A stretch of DNA of 64,000 nt from Rhizophagus irregularis (GCF_026210795.1 NC_089432.1:496001-560000); one strand, 5' to 3'; positions 1-14,138 are shown, counted from the stretch's first letter. Numbers and translations: made by a program. The notes: generated by a model from the sequence alone, not told the origin.

Positions 1-1086
1 CCCCCCTCATATAGTATCTGCAATCGTCCAAGTCACCAAAGGTCAGCATTCCTACAAAAAAAGAAAGAGAACTCCAGAATGTACGATCTACATAAAAGAA
101 AAGAATTATAAAGCGTCTGATGAAGAGAAACCAAAACAACAAAATAAATCCAAAACTGACCTACAAAAAAAGAAGACTCTGAAGCAACAAAACTGAAACA
201 ACCTACAAAAAGAAAGAAAATTTGAACTGACCTAAAAAAAAAAAAAATCCTGAACCATCCTACAAAAAGGAAAGGACTCCCAAACTGATCTACAAAAAGA
301 AAAAAGAAACTGAATCTTCTCTCAAAAAAAAATCTGCTGGCCTATGAAATAAAAAAAAGGATAAATATAAATAAAAAGAAAGGGGAATAAAAAATAATCA
401 AAAAAAATATTTTTTTAAAAAGAGGGGTAACAAAGTTAGGAAAGTTAAAAAAAATTTTTTTTAAAGGGAGGACATCAAAGTTAGAAAAATAAAAAACTTT
501 TTATAAAGAGGAAATAGAAATAGAAAGAAGAAAATTTTTTTTTTAAAAAAAAAAGAGTGGGAATAAAAGAAAAAATTTTTTTTTAAAAGGAGAGTGACGA
601 AAAAAAATTTTTTTAAAGGAGAGTGACGGGAAAAAAAAATTTTTTAAAGTGAGGTACGAAAAAAAAATTATTTTTTTTTAAAGGGGGATGAGAAAGAAAG
701 AAGAAAAATTTAGAAAAAATAAAAAAAATAAGACAAGAGAAAAGAGAAAGGAAAGGAAAGACAGAAAGGAAGATCGGAAAATCAAAATCACCAAAAGGGT
801 TTATATAAAAACAAAAAACGTATCATAACAAAACAATAAACAATCACGTGATCTCGTGTTATGATACGGGATTTTTGTAAAATTAAAAAATATTAAGTTT
901 AAAAATTCCGTATAAATTCCGCATGATTAATTTTTTCCGTATACATTTCGTATACATTTGTTTTTTTAAAAAATGTTTAAAAATGAATTGCTTATTAAAT
1001 ATACGGAATTTGTATACGGAATCTATAAAAACGTACATAAAATGTATACAAAACGTATCCTTTCCGTATACATATTTCTTATAGGG
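1..1086 (-). mobile_element. Non-autonomous TIR DNA transposon with CCCTATA terminus; partial copy running off the window start
   Basis: Reverse complement of ~44834-45869. Ends ...catatttcttataggg at 1086; subterminal TCCGTA/TACGGA repeats; no credible ORF. Confidence 0.85.
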
Positions 1087-2230
1087 AATATGAGCCTTTT
1101 GTGGAAAAAAAGATGGAATATTAAAAATTGATCGACTTTTTATGGGGCCTTAAAAAATTAGTTTTTGTCAGCGGAGGAGTATCTCCAATCACCTATAAGG
1201 GAATCAATTACTAGTTTAGAAATTTATAAGAATGTGGATCATGGAATCGTAAATTTATTATTCAATACCATAATTGAAATGAGTAAAAACCGGTAATGGG
1301 TTAGTTCAAATATATTATAACAGATTAGTTCGAAAAAATGTTTAATAGTTAAATAATAATTTTATTATAAAATGTATTACCAAATTGGTAAATATAGTTA
1401 TATTTTTCGCAAATAATAATAAAAATTATGAAAGCTATTATAATGAGTAATTTGATTATAGTTTTGAATTACACTACATTAAATTTGCCACAGAGAAATT
1501 TCGGTAAAATTTTTTGAATTATTATGCAATTAGAGAAACAGATTTAATTGGTTCACATCTTAAACATACTGAGATAATATCCAAGTAAACAATTAACAAG
1601 ATGTTTGATCAAAAGTCCAATCATCAACATTGCCATATATACCATAACAGGTATCTTCATTAAAAGGTCCTCGTACTTTCTGTTTCTCGAAACTAGCTTG
1701 AACTTTAGCATGAACTGTGTACGTTTGGTTTGGAAAATTAATAGTTTCATAGTCATCATCATCAGAGGAAATAGAGGAATGGTCACTACAATCATGGTAG
1801 TGTTTGTCACCGGCTATGCGATTACCATTTGAATCCTCTATCCAAATTCTACATCTGCAGAGATCCAATTCCAAAGCCGTGATGACAGTAAATGCTATAC
1901 ATTTAACCAAAAAGTTGAATCATTAGAAAAGAATATGGAGAACATATTGAATGTAAGGACTTTACCTTTAACGTCCATTATATAGAAACACATGAAAAGG
2001 ACAGTAAGAAGGTAAAAGCTTTGAAGTTTCATATTAGTTAATGTTGTTTGATAGACCTGAGAGAGTAGTATTCTGGGTAGTTGTCAATTTGGGAGTTTAA
2101 AGTTTCAACCTCTGCTTCTTTTTCTAAGCGTAGTAATCCGATTCTGTAAAACAAAATTTTGGTGGCAGTGGTTATATATAATTTCAAAACTTAGATTTTC
2201 AATGATTTTCTACCAAAAGCTATGACTTGA
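1087..2230 (+). repeat. Segmental duplicate (direct) of ~12695-13765, carrying the secreted-protein gene
   Basis: Collinear matches, e.g. gagccttt..tggaaaaaaagatggaatattaaaaa, tagagaaacagatttaattggttcaca and ggtggcagtggttatatataatttcaaaac, in both places. Confidence 0.85.
1593..2032 (-). CDS. Small secreted cysteine-containing protein, copy A (2 exons: 2032-1966, 1894-1593)
   Basis: Spliced through a GT..AG intron (1965-1895) it reads MKLQSFYLLTVLFMCFYIMDVKA|FTVITALELDLCRCRIWIEDSNG...DQTSC*: signal-peptide-like N-terminus and 5 Cys in the mature part. A paralogue with the same exon structure lies at 13175-13587. Confidence 0.8.
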
Positions 2231-3231
2231 CTTGATTCACTTTGTTCGTTTAAATCAATCTATAATTGACAAAAAAATTCGCACATCCCGATCAAAGGAG
2301 TATGAGTATGGGATTCATTTTAGAAAAATATATTCATCATAGTAATATATTAGTTAAATAATAATAATCAAATAATTAAATTTGATTTAATAATTCTATT
2401 TCTGTTCTATTTCTTTTTTTTTTTATTCATTTTTTTGTGTTTGTTATTATTTATTATTGTCTTTTTTTAAGAAATAGGAGGCGGTCAATCTTGCCACGTG
2501 AATAAAGTTAGCCTAATAACCGAAAATATTAAAAATAAATTTTCTCCTTGTCTATTGCCTATTGATAGTCTCCCAAATATCTTATTATTTATTTTACTCA
2601 ATTATTTATGAATTTTACTATACTTAGGATATCAAAATTTTTTTATACTTCATTTAAATGATTTTAGTTTTACGATACTGACAGCAATTTTACCGACATG
2701 AATATTACCTTAATAATTACTTACTGCGTTTTAATTTCAAATTATTTGATTACAATTAAGAAACAAAACATTCGATATAAATATAAATTTTAGGGGGGTG
2801 ATTTAACCCAGGTCATTTAACCCAGCAAAACTCACTTATTTTTTTATATTTAAAATCCTAATAAATAGCCGAAAAATGCCTAATTTTAGTTTAAAATAGC
2901 TAAAAATAGTTAATCACATGTTTATATTTAATGAGTGATACGCTCCAAATTTAGCAACTAGAAAATTGCATTTATTATTTCAAATTAAACAATTCCAAAT
3001 TTCTAAAATTCTCTCTTGATTAAAATTTAACTTCTAGAATGGATTGAATATGATAACTAGATTTGAAAAAATTACTAGTTGAAAATGTTTGAGCGTTACT
3101 ATACAGTATAAAAACATAAATAGTGTTAATCTGCTCATATAAATTATATTGTTCAATTTATGATGACATTTTAATTTTACTAGCAATTTTTGTTTTTAAG
3201 ATTTTGATGGTTAAAAATCATCGCGTAAAAG

Positions 3232-3495
3232 CAGTGTTGTCATAGGGACGGGACATGTCCATGGACGGGACGGGACGGGACAGTCCAGGACACGTCCAAA
3301 GATTTTAGCAATGTCCGGGACATTTGGACATTAAAATCACGTGATCTTAATTATAAATTATAGCCCATTAGGTGCTGTCTTGATAAGACAAATTGTAAAC
3401 TTGGACAATTTTTGGACGGGACATGGACGGGACATGGACGGAACAATGTCCGGGACATTAAAATTTTGGTGGGACATGTCCCATGTACAACACTG
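3232..3495. mobile_element. hAT-type MITE (264 bp)
   Basis: TIRs CAGTGTTGT...ACAACACTG; 8-bp TSD CGTAAAAG (3224-3231 and 3496-3503); internal GGGAC/GTCCC repeats. An empty paralogous site lies on the minus strand at 6741-6758. Confidence 0.9.
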
Positions 3496-4826
3496 CGTAA
3501 AAGTTTAGCCTAGTTTTAATTTCGCATGTCGTCATATGAATTAATTTAACTTATTCGTAATAATTGTTTTTTTTTTACTAAATTCATAAATAATTATTGC
3601 TTATTTGCATTTCTTAAACATAGAATCAACAGTATTAACGTGCTGTTAATGATTTTTTTTTATTTTTTTGAAAAAAGTTATATTGAAAGTTAAGTTTTTT
3701 GAACTTTGTGTTACCAATTTTAATTCTATTAAATTTTTATATGAATAAACAGAGAACGAATTTTATTTTACAAATAACTTTATAAACTTAATTTCTCGAT
3801 GCAGTGGCTAAAAAGAAATATTAGCCACATTATTAAGTAATGCAATGATTCCCTTTGTTTATTGACAATGACACAATAGCGATTGTTTTCTACGTTTATT
3901 TAATACAGTAGTTTTCTGATCTTCCTTATCGAATAAAAAAACCTTGTATAAGTGACCATTGTGCAGACTTTCAGGTAAGAAATGTTAAACCAACTTTCAA
4001 TTCCAAAGGTAAATTTAATATTGATTTAAATTCTTAAAGATTATCTTCGCCATTGTAGTCACTATCATTATCATCTGGAATATTGTCAAGTAGGTCTTTA
4101 GGAAAACATTCTGTAATTCTATATCAGAATCATCACTAATATAGGATCCATATATTAGTCGTGTGTAGAAAATCTAAAATGTTTTTTTTTTTTTGAATAT
4201 TCTCTATTCGGAGGATAGAAACTGCGGTATCCGGATAATTATTTTTCTCGGATATCCGGATATCATTTTTTTATCCGCAAATACTATCAAATACTATCTC
4301 GATAAATAAAGAAAAAGAAATTAACCTTTTTTTTATTTGTTTTTCAATTTTTATTTCGTAGATAATAAATCATATAAATATCATTCTGTAGATAGTTTTT
4401 TAGTAAATAAATTTAGATAATTTTTTTTAATAAATGAAAATAGTAATTTTATTACGAAAATTTTATCAACAAGTAAATACAGTACAAAAAATTTTTTTAA
4501 TAAGTAAATACAAAATTTAAATAAATAAATATAAAGGTTTTTTTATAACAATAAATATAATGATTTTTTTTTAACAAATAAATGTGAAGATTCTTTTTTA
4601 ACGAAAAGTAATTCTGGTTGCGGACTGGGCTGGGTTACAAATATGGATTTTTGTGCAGAACTCCAATCTAGAAGACCATTAAATTTAGAAAATTTATATA
4701 GATTTGTTAAATTTAAATCATAAATAATTCTTTCAATCTCCAATTGTAAAATAAAAACGCAAATAAAATAAATAATTACATATGCATAAATATGATATCT
4801 TTTATACTTTAACTGTTAATTTGAGT

Positions 4827-6456
4827 TTAATTACTTTCATCTATAATAAAAAAATAATTTAATTGAAATTCAATAGATCAAAAATCACATGTAAAAGTGA
4901 TTACCTTTAGAATTAATATCAAGTTTAGTAAAATCTATTTTCAAGGAATCTATAAATATTAATTGTTAGCATTGTAAAATAAATTTAAATTATTATAGCA
5001 TGTTATATATATTTACCTGAATATTCTATTAAATCATTATTATTATCGGCATTTTTTGGTTCTGGAAGATTTTTAAAATCTAAAAGTCTACTTGTGTAAA
5101 CTGCTTGAGGATGTGTCGTATATGATATAGTACCAGTAGATATTAAAGGTGATGAAAAAGATAACTTTTTATTAATATCATCTGCTTCTTTAACTTGCCC
5201 ATAAATTACAGAATCCATTTTATTGTCATAAATATCTTTCCGTAAATTCGAAAATAAATTACGTAATTCAACTGCATTAGGTCGTTTTAAAGGGTCTGCA
5301 TCCCAACATTGATTAATAATGTCAAAAATCAATTGAGGAATTTTATAATTAGACTTTGGCCTCAACCCCTTACAAATTTTCATTGCTAAGAATTCATCAT
5401 GAGCTATATCATAATAAGGAGGGAAACCTGTACAAATTTCATATGCAATGATTCCAAATCCATAAATATCGCTTTTTTGAGTATATTCTTTTCCTCTTAA
5501 AACTTCCGGAGCTACATAAGGTAATACTCCATATATTTTTTTATTATTATTTTGAGAGGATTTGACGTTTGCCGGTTGACTTAATCCCAAATCAGTAATA
5601 TGAGCCCGATTATCAAAATTGCTTAATATATTTCCACAATGGAAATCATGATGGATTAATCCTTTCTCATGAATATCACTAAGACCAAGTGCAATATTAA
5701 GTAAATTCCACAACTTTTTTTCCCAATCCAGTGAAATGAAGTTGTTATTCAAATGTTGTCTTAAACCACCATTCATTAAATCCATTACCATCATAAAATT
5801 ATTTGTTTTTGGATCTTTGGTAATACCAAAACAACGAACTATCCAATCAGAATTACATACTAAAATGTTTGATTCAACCTTAAAAGAAAATTATAGTTAG
5901 TTTAACATTTATAAAGGCTAATTTAAATTTAATGAAAATAACTTACTTCTTTTAAGAATTCTGTCGTAATACCTTGTGAGTTATGTAAACATTTTAAAGC
6001 AACTTTTGTTTCACCAACTCTTTTCCATTGATTATCGTTACATCTCCATATAGGACCATCTTTCCAAACTGCTTTAAAAGTAGTTCCAAATCCCCCTTTT
6101 GCTAAATATTCAACATCTTCAAATTTATCATATTCAATCCACTCTATGGTATGGTATATAGTCTCAGCTTTTAATTGTACTTTTTGAATAAACTCATCAA
6201 CGACATGATTTCCACTTGTCCAATTTTTGAAATTTTGTTGAAAACGTTTAGAAACACATGAAACACATGGCTGGCAGAAAGATCTAGCATTAATCTTCTT
6301 ACAATTTTTACATACCCCATAATTTTTATATCGTTCATTTAATCCTTTGTCTATTATTAGTTCATCAATTAACGATTCTTGTTCTTTAGTCAATTTCCAA
6401 TAGTTGAAGTCTTTTATTTGTTCAAATACATCATCACTTAGTTTAATTTCACCCAT
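4827..6456 (-). CDS. Tyrosine-kinase-like (TKL-type) protein kinase, 4 exons, with N-terminal CxxC..CxxC region
   Basis: AKGGFG loop, VALK, HHDFHCGN, DLG, PYVAPE, SDIYGFG and CW..DP.KRP motifs. GT-AG introns follow FLKE and YSG; the short terminal exons end DESN*. The exon pattern is the same in the paralogue at 40342-41971. Confidence 0.88.
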
Positions 6457-8602
6457 AATAAATAATTTAACAGTTAAACAAAAAATATGTTATTAATTCG
6501 TATGTAAAATCACAAAGTAAATTGAAAAAAGGAATAAAAAAAATGGTGAAACGTTATTTTATGTTGAATGATTTCAAGATCGGCAATAAAATTATGAAAA
6601 AAAGGCTAGTTAAAATACACGGAGGAAACACAATAATCCTGATCGGCAATTAAATTTATTCAATTTTGGAAATAAAATGAATAATATAAATAAAATGATT
6701 AACTAAATATAGAAAGCAACTAAGTATTATGTGATTAAAAGGCTAAACTTTTACGCGATATAATGATTTAATTTTGACTATCGAAATTTCTCAAAAAAAA
6801 AAAAAAAACAAAAATTGTTATGTAGTAAATAAATGAGAATATTATTATAAACTGAACAATATGGTTTATATAAGTATGCAAATAGATTAACACTCATATA
6901 TCATGGTTAAGTAACAGTCATATGATATTAAACATTTTCAACTAGTGATTTTTTCAAATTTATCATATTCAATCAATCAATCCATTTTAGAAGTTAAATA
7001 TTTTGAAATTTTGGAATTGTTTAAAATAATTTGGAATAATGAATACAATTTTCCTTTTTTAATCTTTTTGTTAAATTTTTAAATTACAGATATTTATATA
7101 ATATTTTTATATGCATTAATTTAACTTATTTATAATAAATTTAATAAATTTTTTTTTATTTAAATTCATAAATAATGATTGTTTAACCTGACTTTTTTGC
7201 ATTTCTTAAAATGTGAAATCAAACAATATTAACGTTAACGTTCTGTTTTCAAAAATTTATATTGAAGGTTAAGTTTTTTGAACTATATTTTACCAAATTT
7301 AAATTCTTTTAATTATCTAAACAGTGAACGGATTTTATTTTATTAAATAATTTTATAAAACTTCATACTTATTAATTTTTTTACATACTAGTGGTTAAAA
7401 ATAAATATTAGTCACGTGACCAAGTTACGCAATTTATGATTTTGAAAAAAGGTTCACGAAGATTGTTTATGAAATTAAGACCTTTAAAAAGATTCATTTA
7501 ATTTTCGGCGGTTGGTCATTTTAGAGGTAAAAATGAAGCAAAATTTAATCAAACTGAAGTAAAAAGAATGGAACCATTTATACCGGAAAGTGAGTCATTA
7601 AATGTTTTAATTTCTGAGTAGTCATGTCATATGTTGTAAAGTACGTCGGTCTAATTAATTACTGTAATAGAATTCTTTCTATGATATTATTGTATTAAAA
7701 AGGTGAAGTAAAATGAACTTATTTGCGTTGCTTTTCATTATAGTTAATTTATAAACAATAGCTTCTTTTCATTTAAAAATTCAAATATGCTACATATAAT
7801 TTACTTCTATAAACAAAGAACAGAACGACAGAACGTTGTTTATTTTTATTATTATACAAATATGGAGTTTTTTGTTATTATTTTGTCATCCCCCCTTACT
7901 GTACATATGTAACCATCTTGTGACACCTTGTTATTGTATAAAGATGTACACCTAACCGTATTAATCATTGACTTACGTAATTGTAGATCATTTATTTAAG
8001 TCCCAATTTTTTATTTATGCTGATCACATATGTGTGGACTACACATCAAATCGCCCATATGATTTACATTTGTAATTTTTATATCGAAATGGATATTCAG
8101 TCATTTAACATTTTGTTTAACCTACCAAATTAATATTTTTGTTTTTGTTAAAAAAAAAATGTATTGAAGTTTAAAAAGAGTATTTTACAATTACAAATTA
8201 GATCCGGTCAATGTTGATTCTTTTTATAATAAAAAAAAAAGTTTTTATCAAATTAGAAACAATGACAATATTTCTCATGAGTCTAATAAATGCAAGTTCA
8301 AATATGATTTAACTTGATAATTCATAGATCACATTTTCACACGCACAAAAAAAAAAAGAAAGAAAAATATTCCAGCTCTGGGAAATCTTACATAATAAAT
8401 ATAATAAATGCATATTTTCAAGTTAATCATTCACTCGTTCACAACAAATTCCAAAATTATATATAAAGAACCAATTATCCAGCTGCTAAAAAAAAAAAAA
8501 AAAAATTTTTTTTTCTTATACGCAACCTAAATTTCGTTCTCTTTTAATATTTTTATTTATCCTAAATAACAAAAAAAGAATTCTCTTCATTAACTTTATA
8601 AT

Positions 8603-11600
8603 ATGGAAGAACTCGATTTTCAGCTCGTAAAAAGACCAGGTATTGGTGATGAAGGAAAACGTATAAGAGTTCGAGCAAATTTCTTTGAAGTTACTAGGAT
8701 GCAAAGAGAAGATTTTTCACATTACGATGTAACGACAATACCTAAGGTCCCTCAGCGATTAAATAGGAAGGTATTTGATCGTTTTGTGGAACAAAATCGA
8801 TATGGAGTTCTTAGGGATGCAAGACCGGTATTTGATGGTATGTATTCAATAACGAAAAAAAAAATTTTCGTTTACCAATATCAAATATTGAATAAAACAA
8901 ATCATAATATTACTATGTAATTTTATAACTTCAACAAGATATCAAAAATTGGTTTACATAATCCTTTTCTTAAACAGCAGCATGATTTCTAAATATACGT
9001 TTGTACTTTAAAAGATACTAACTAATTGAAAATGTTGGTAGGAAGAGCGAATATGTTTGCACATAAGCCATTGCGATTTGAATCCGATAGTTTTGACGTA
9101 ACATATCATTTTTTTTTTTCTTTCTTGAAATTAAGAAAAAAATTTATTAAGTTTAATTATCATAATTAGGTGGAATTAGAGGAAGAAGGTACGCCCGTGA
9201 GTAGGACACGACCACCTCAAAGTTTCAGAATTAGAATAAAAAAAACTAGAGATATTGTTGTAAGGGATTTATTCCAATTTTTAAATGCAAGAGGCGATAT
9301 GACAAATAATTGCCTAATGGGTAATTCATTTTTTACTTCATTATCTTTCCTTAATGATCAAATCTAATCTCAACAATGGATTATAATCTTATTTATGTAA
9401 CAAGCAATAACGGGAATGGACATTATTATCAGTCACAAGATTTCTGCAAAATTTCCTACTGTACGTAGATCATTTTATAATCCGCAAGTAAAAAAATCTC
9501 TTGGCGGAGGTTTGGAAGCTTACCAGGGGTATTATCAATCAGCACGTCCTACGATGAGTGGAAGAATGATGATAAATGTAGACTTAAGTGCTACCGCTTT
9601 TTATGAAAGTGGTCCACTTATTGATATAGTTGTAAAGTTATTAAAAAATATTAGAACCCTCAATGAACTACGTAGAGGCCTTTCAACAAATGACCGTCAC
9701 AAAGTTGAGGATTTTATAAGAGGACTTAAAATAAAGGATAATCATAGAACGGGAACTGGACGAAAATTTAAGGTTGAAGGTTTAACTCCAACTCCAGCTT
9801 CTCACACTACGTTTGATAGAGGTGACGGTAGCGAAATCGATGTAAAAACTTATTTTCAAAATGCTTACAATATACGCTTATCATATCCATCTCTTCCTTG
9901 CGTTGTCGTGAGAGGAAACGTTTATCTTCCAATGGAAGTGTGTGATATAGTCCCGGTAAATTATATATTCATTCGACGATATCATATAATGTAAGAAATT
10001 TAAATTATTTCATATTTACAGGAACAACGATATATGCGAAAATTGAATAAAGAACAAACAGATGTAATGATGAACTTTACTCGTCAGAATCCGTCCAATC
10101 GGGCAAATAAGATTCAGGATGGCCTTAAATTATTAAATTATCGAGAAAATGAACACCTTCAACAATTCGGAATGAGTATATCAGACGAAATGGCTGTGGT
10201 AGGTTTAAATATGATTTTGCACCATAGGAAAGAATAAATTATATTTTGATAATAATTGGATCTTCAATAACGCGAAATTTATCTTCAGGTGAACGCTAGG
10301 ATTCTTCCCACCCCAACAATTGAGTACCGCCAATCAACAAGGCAATTTCGTGTCGAGCCTAAAAATGGAGTATGGAACTTACGAGATAAAACATTAGCAA
10401 TGGGTGCTACCCTTGGTTCTTGGTCAGTTTTGGCCTTTTTAGATGAAGATACTTTACCTAAACCTGTTATTGAAAAATTCTTGGTAGAATTTACTAATAC
10501 GTGTCATAATACGGGAATGGTAAGTTAAATGATATTAAACCCCGAACCATTAAAGTTTCTTTTTAATCATCTGTCTATCTTTAACAGAATATAATAACTA
10601 AGAAACCTCCCATAATGCATGCAAATCCTCAAGGAAATATTGAGCAATCATTAAAACTAGCCTGGATAAATGCTGGTAATGCGGCGAAATCTAAACCACA
10701 ACTTATTCTTTGTATTCTCCCAAGCAAGGGACAAGAGTTATATGCTGAAATTAAACGTGTTAGTGACACAATTATCGGTGTCCCAACACAATGCATCCAA
10801 AGGGAATACTTGAAAGACCCGAAAGTACAATATTGTGCTAATGTTTGCCTAAAAATAAATGTTAAACTTGGAGGAATGAATTCATCCCTACTTTCCAAAC
10901 ATATTAAGTTTGTAGATGATGAACCCACTATTTTGATAGGTGCAGACGTATCTCATCCTGCACCTGGTAACTATATATATATATATTTTTTTTTACACAA
11001 AGTATTTTTTTAATATATTTATGTTTCTTGCATCTTTTTTAGGTGATAAAGAAAGTCCATCTTACGCTGCCCTTTGCGGTTCTATAGACTCTAAGGCATC
11101 ACGTTATGCAGCGACAATTAGAGTTCAAACCAGGCGTTACGAAATAATAGTAGATTTGGGAAATATGGTTAAAGAATTGTTAAAAGTGTTTTATCAGTCT
11201 TGTGGACACAAACCCAGAAGAATTATATTTTACCGAGACGGAGTTTCAGAAGGCCAATTTAATCATGTGTTAAAGAATGAATTAAATGCGATTAGAAGTA
11301 CTTATTTTATATCATTCCTAGATTTATTCATGCGTTTAATTAATTTATTTGGTTTACTTTCGGCCAATTATAATTACCATAGGTGCATGTCAAGCTCTTG
11401 GAGCTGATTATAAACCAACTATCACGTTTATTGTGGTACAGAAGAGGCATCACACCCGTTTTTTCCCAATGGAAAAGCAAAATAGCGATTTTAAATCGGG
11501 AAATTGTCTTCCTGGTACCGTTGTCGAAGAGGGTATTACACATCCATTTGAATTCGATTTTTGTAAGTAATTAAATTTATTGCGTCAATATGTAAATTTG

Positions 11601-12144
11601 TAGCATTTCTTTAATAAGTTAAATCCTTATCAGATTTATTAAGTCACCCTGGATTATTGGGGACATCTCGACCGACCCATTATCACGTTTTATATGACAA
11701 AAACGGATTTGATGCAAATAGGTCAGTCAATTTAATCTATCTATTAATAATTAATTGAGATACATAACTAATATATCATTAATAATTTAGCCTACAAACG
11801 TTATCTTATAATCTCTGTTATTTATATGTGCGTTGTACGCGTGCAGTATCTTTGGTAAGATTTTAAATTGCATCTTTTACCATTGTATTCAACAAATAAT
11901 AATAATGGTATTATATTTAAATAGGTGCCTCCGGTATATTATGCTCATTTAGTTACTAATAGAGCTAAACTTCACTCATACAAAGAATCGAATGGTGAGA
12001 TCACCTCCAAAGTGGTAAAAGAGGATCTAAAAAAGGTAAATTATAATAAATAAAATAAAAGATAATCTTAAATGTACATTATATTCTCAATTATCTCATT
12101 TTCTAAAAAATAAACTTCATTTTTAGGTTATGTACTTTGCGTAG
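8603..12144 (+). CDS. AGO: Argonaute (N, L1, PAZ, L2, MID, PIWI), 13 exons
   Basis: Exons join in frame via GT-AG introns: [95 protein letters not shown]-terminal VMYFA* (12127-12144). Confidence 0.96.
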
Positions 12145-12594
12145 AGACTTCGTTTATATAAACAGGAATCGAAAAGGAAAAAATATTATCATACATATTT
12201 TAAATAAATTTCTTTTTAAACAATTTCTTTTATATTTTAATTTTATAGCAAATATATGTTAATATTTTAGTCAAAGAATATTTTAAATTTTATTTATCTA
12301 TTATTATTTTTATTTGTAAGAAGTAATTAAAAAATATATTAAAATTATTGTATATATAATTATAATTACGTCAGTTTGTCTTTATATTTTCTCTGTTCAC
12401 TTGATCGGTTGCTATGCAAAATAACCATTCTATTGGTGTAACATGTATTTTGTGACAATTATGACATGTCAACACGAAACATAGTTAAAAGTTACAAATG
12501 TAAGATAAATTCATTTGTATAATACTTAGAAAAATAGGTTCTTATACTGCGTCTGATATTTATCTTGTAATTCCTTCCTTGCCTCCTCCGTTAT

Positions 12595-12813
12595 CCCTAT
12601 AAAATATTTTATTCGTTATTTCTGTAAAAACTCCGTAAAAATGGGCCTTTCGCGGATTTATTCACGGAAAATTGATCCGTGATATAAGGTTATTAATTCC
12701 GAGCCTTTTATGGAAAAAAAAGATGGAATATTAAAAATAAATCGACTTTTTTTACGGGGCCTTAAAAAATTAGTTTTTGTCGGCGGAGGAGTATCTCCAA
12801 TCACCTATAAGGG
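12595..12813. mobile_element. Possible short CCCT-ended MITE-like element
   Basis: Starts CCCTATAAAA and ends TATAAGGG; TCCGT/ACGG motifs like the larger CCCTATA element. Flanks TAT/AAT are not a perfect TSD. Confidence 0.4.
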
Positions 12814-13174
12814 AATCCTTACTAGTTTAGAAATTTACAAGAATGTGGATCATGGAATCGTATTATAACAGATTAGTTCGGAAAAAAATGTTTAATAGTT
12901 AAATAATAATTTTATTATAAAAAGTATTACCGAATTGGTAAATATAGTTATGTTTTTCGCAAATAATAATAATAAAATATGAAAGTTATTATAATGAGTA
13001 ATTTGAATATAGTTTTGAATTACATTACATTATTTTGGTAAATAATTTTCCGAAAAATTAAAAATTTTTTGTATTAATTATTAATGATGTCATATTTCTA
13101 GAAAATAATAACTAGAGAAACAGATTTAATTGGTTCACAAATTCAACATACTGAGATAATGTCCAAATAAACGA

Positions 13175-13587
13175 TTAACAAGATTTTTGATCAAATTTCC
13201 ATTTATCAACACTGCCATGTATACTATAACAGGTATTTTCATTAAAAGGTCCTCGTACTTTCTGTTGCTCGAAACTACCATCAACTTTAGCATGAACCGT
13301 GTACGTTTGGTCCTGAAAATCAATAGTTAGATAGTTACCCTCACCACAATCACGGTAGCCATCGTCACCGGCTATGCGTAAACCATTTGAATCCTCTATC
13401 CAAATTCTACATCTGCAGAGAAACGTACCCATATACGTGGTGGCACTATATGCTATACATTAAACCAAAAAGTTAAAGTCCTTACATTCAATATGTTCTC
13501 CATTTTCTTTTCTAATGATTCACCTTGTATGTCCATTATATAGAAACACATGGAAAGGACAGTAAGAAGGAAGTTTTGAAGTTTCAT
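13175..13587 (-). CDS. Small secreted cysteine-containing protein, copy B (2 exons: 13587-13524, 13452-13175)
   Basis: Spliced: MKLQNFLLTVLSMCFYIMDIQA|YSATTYMGTFLCRCRIWIEDSNG...DQKSC*. Same 5 Cys positions and intron phase as copy A. Confidence 0.8.
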
Positions 13588-14138
13588 CTTAGTTAATGTT
13601 GTTCGATAGACCTGAGGGAGTAGTATTTTAGGTAGTTGTCAATTTGGGAGTTTAAAGTTTCAATCTGCTTCTTTTCTAAGCATAGTAAGTTGATTAAATT
13701 TTGGTGGCAGTGGTTATATATAATTTCAAAACCTAGATTTTCAATGATTTTCTGCCAAGAGCTATGAATCCCTTTCAGAAAAAAATAATCCCAAGTCATC
13801 ATATTATCACGAACGCATTTATTAAAACCAATTTATTTTTGTACATTCCGAAAACAAATATCGTGTTTAGCGTATTTTTTTCCATATCTATAATATAACC
13901 ATGTCTATTAGTATTGACCCTTAAAAGTGTTTCCGAATTTAAAAACATTAATAAAATATGTTCCAGTTAATATGACCAGAAATCTTACCAAAAACGGTTT
14001 AAAAAAGTGATAACAGTAAAAACGAAATGTATATTTGTGCTCATGTAATAAATGTCCATAAATCGGACAAAATGGTGCTTTTTTAGACGTTTTATACACA
14101 TAATCATAAATATGAAACGAATTAGGGTTAGGCTGTTA

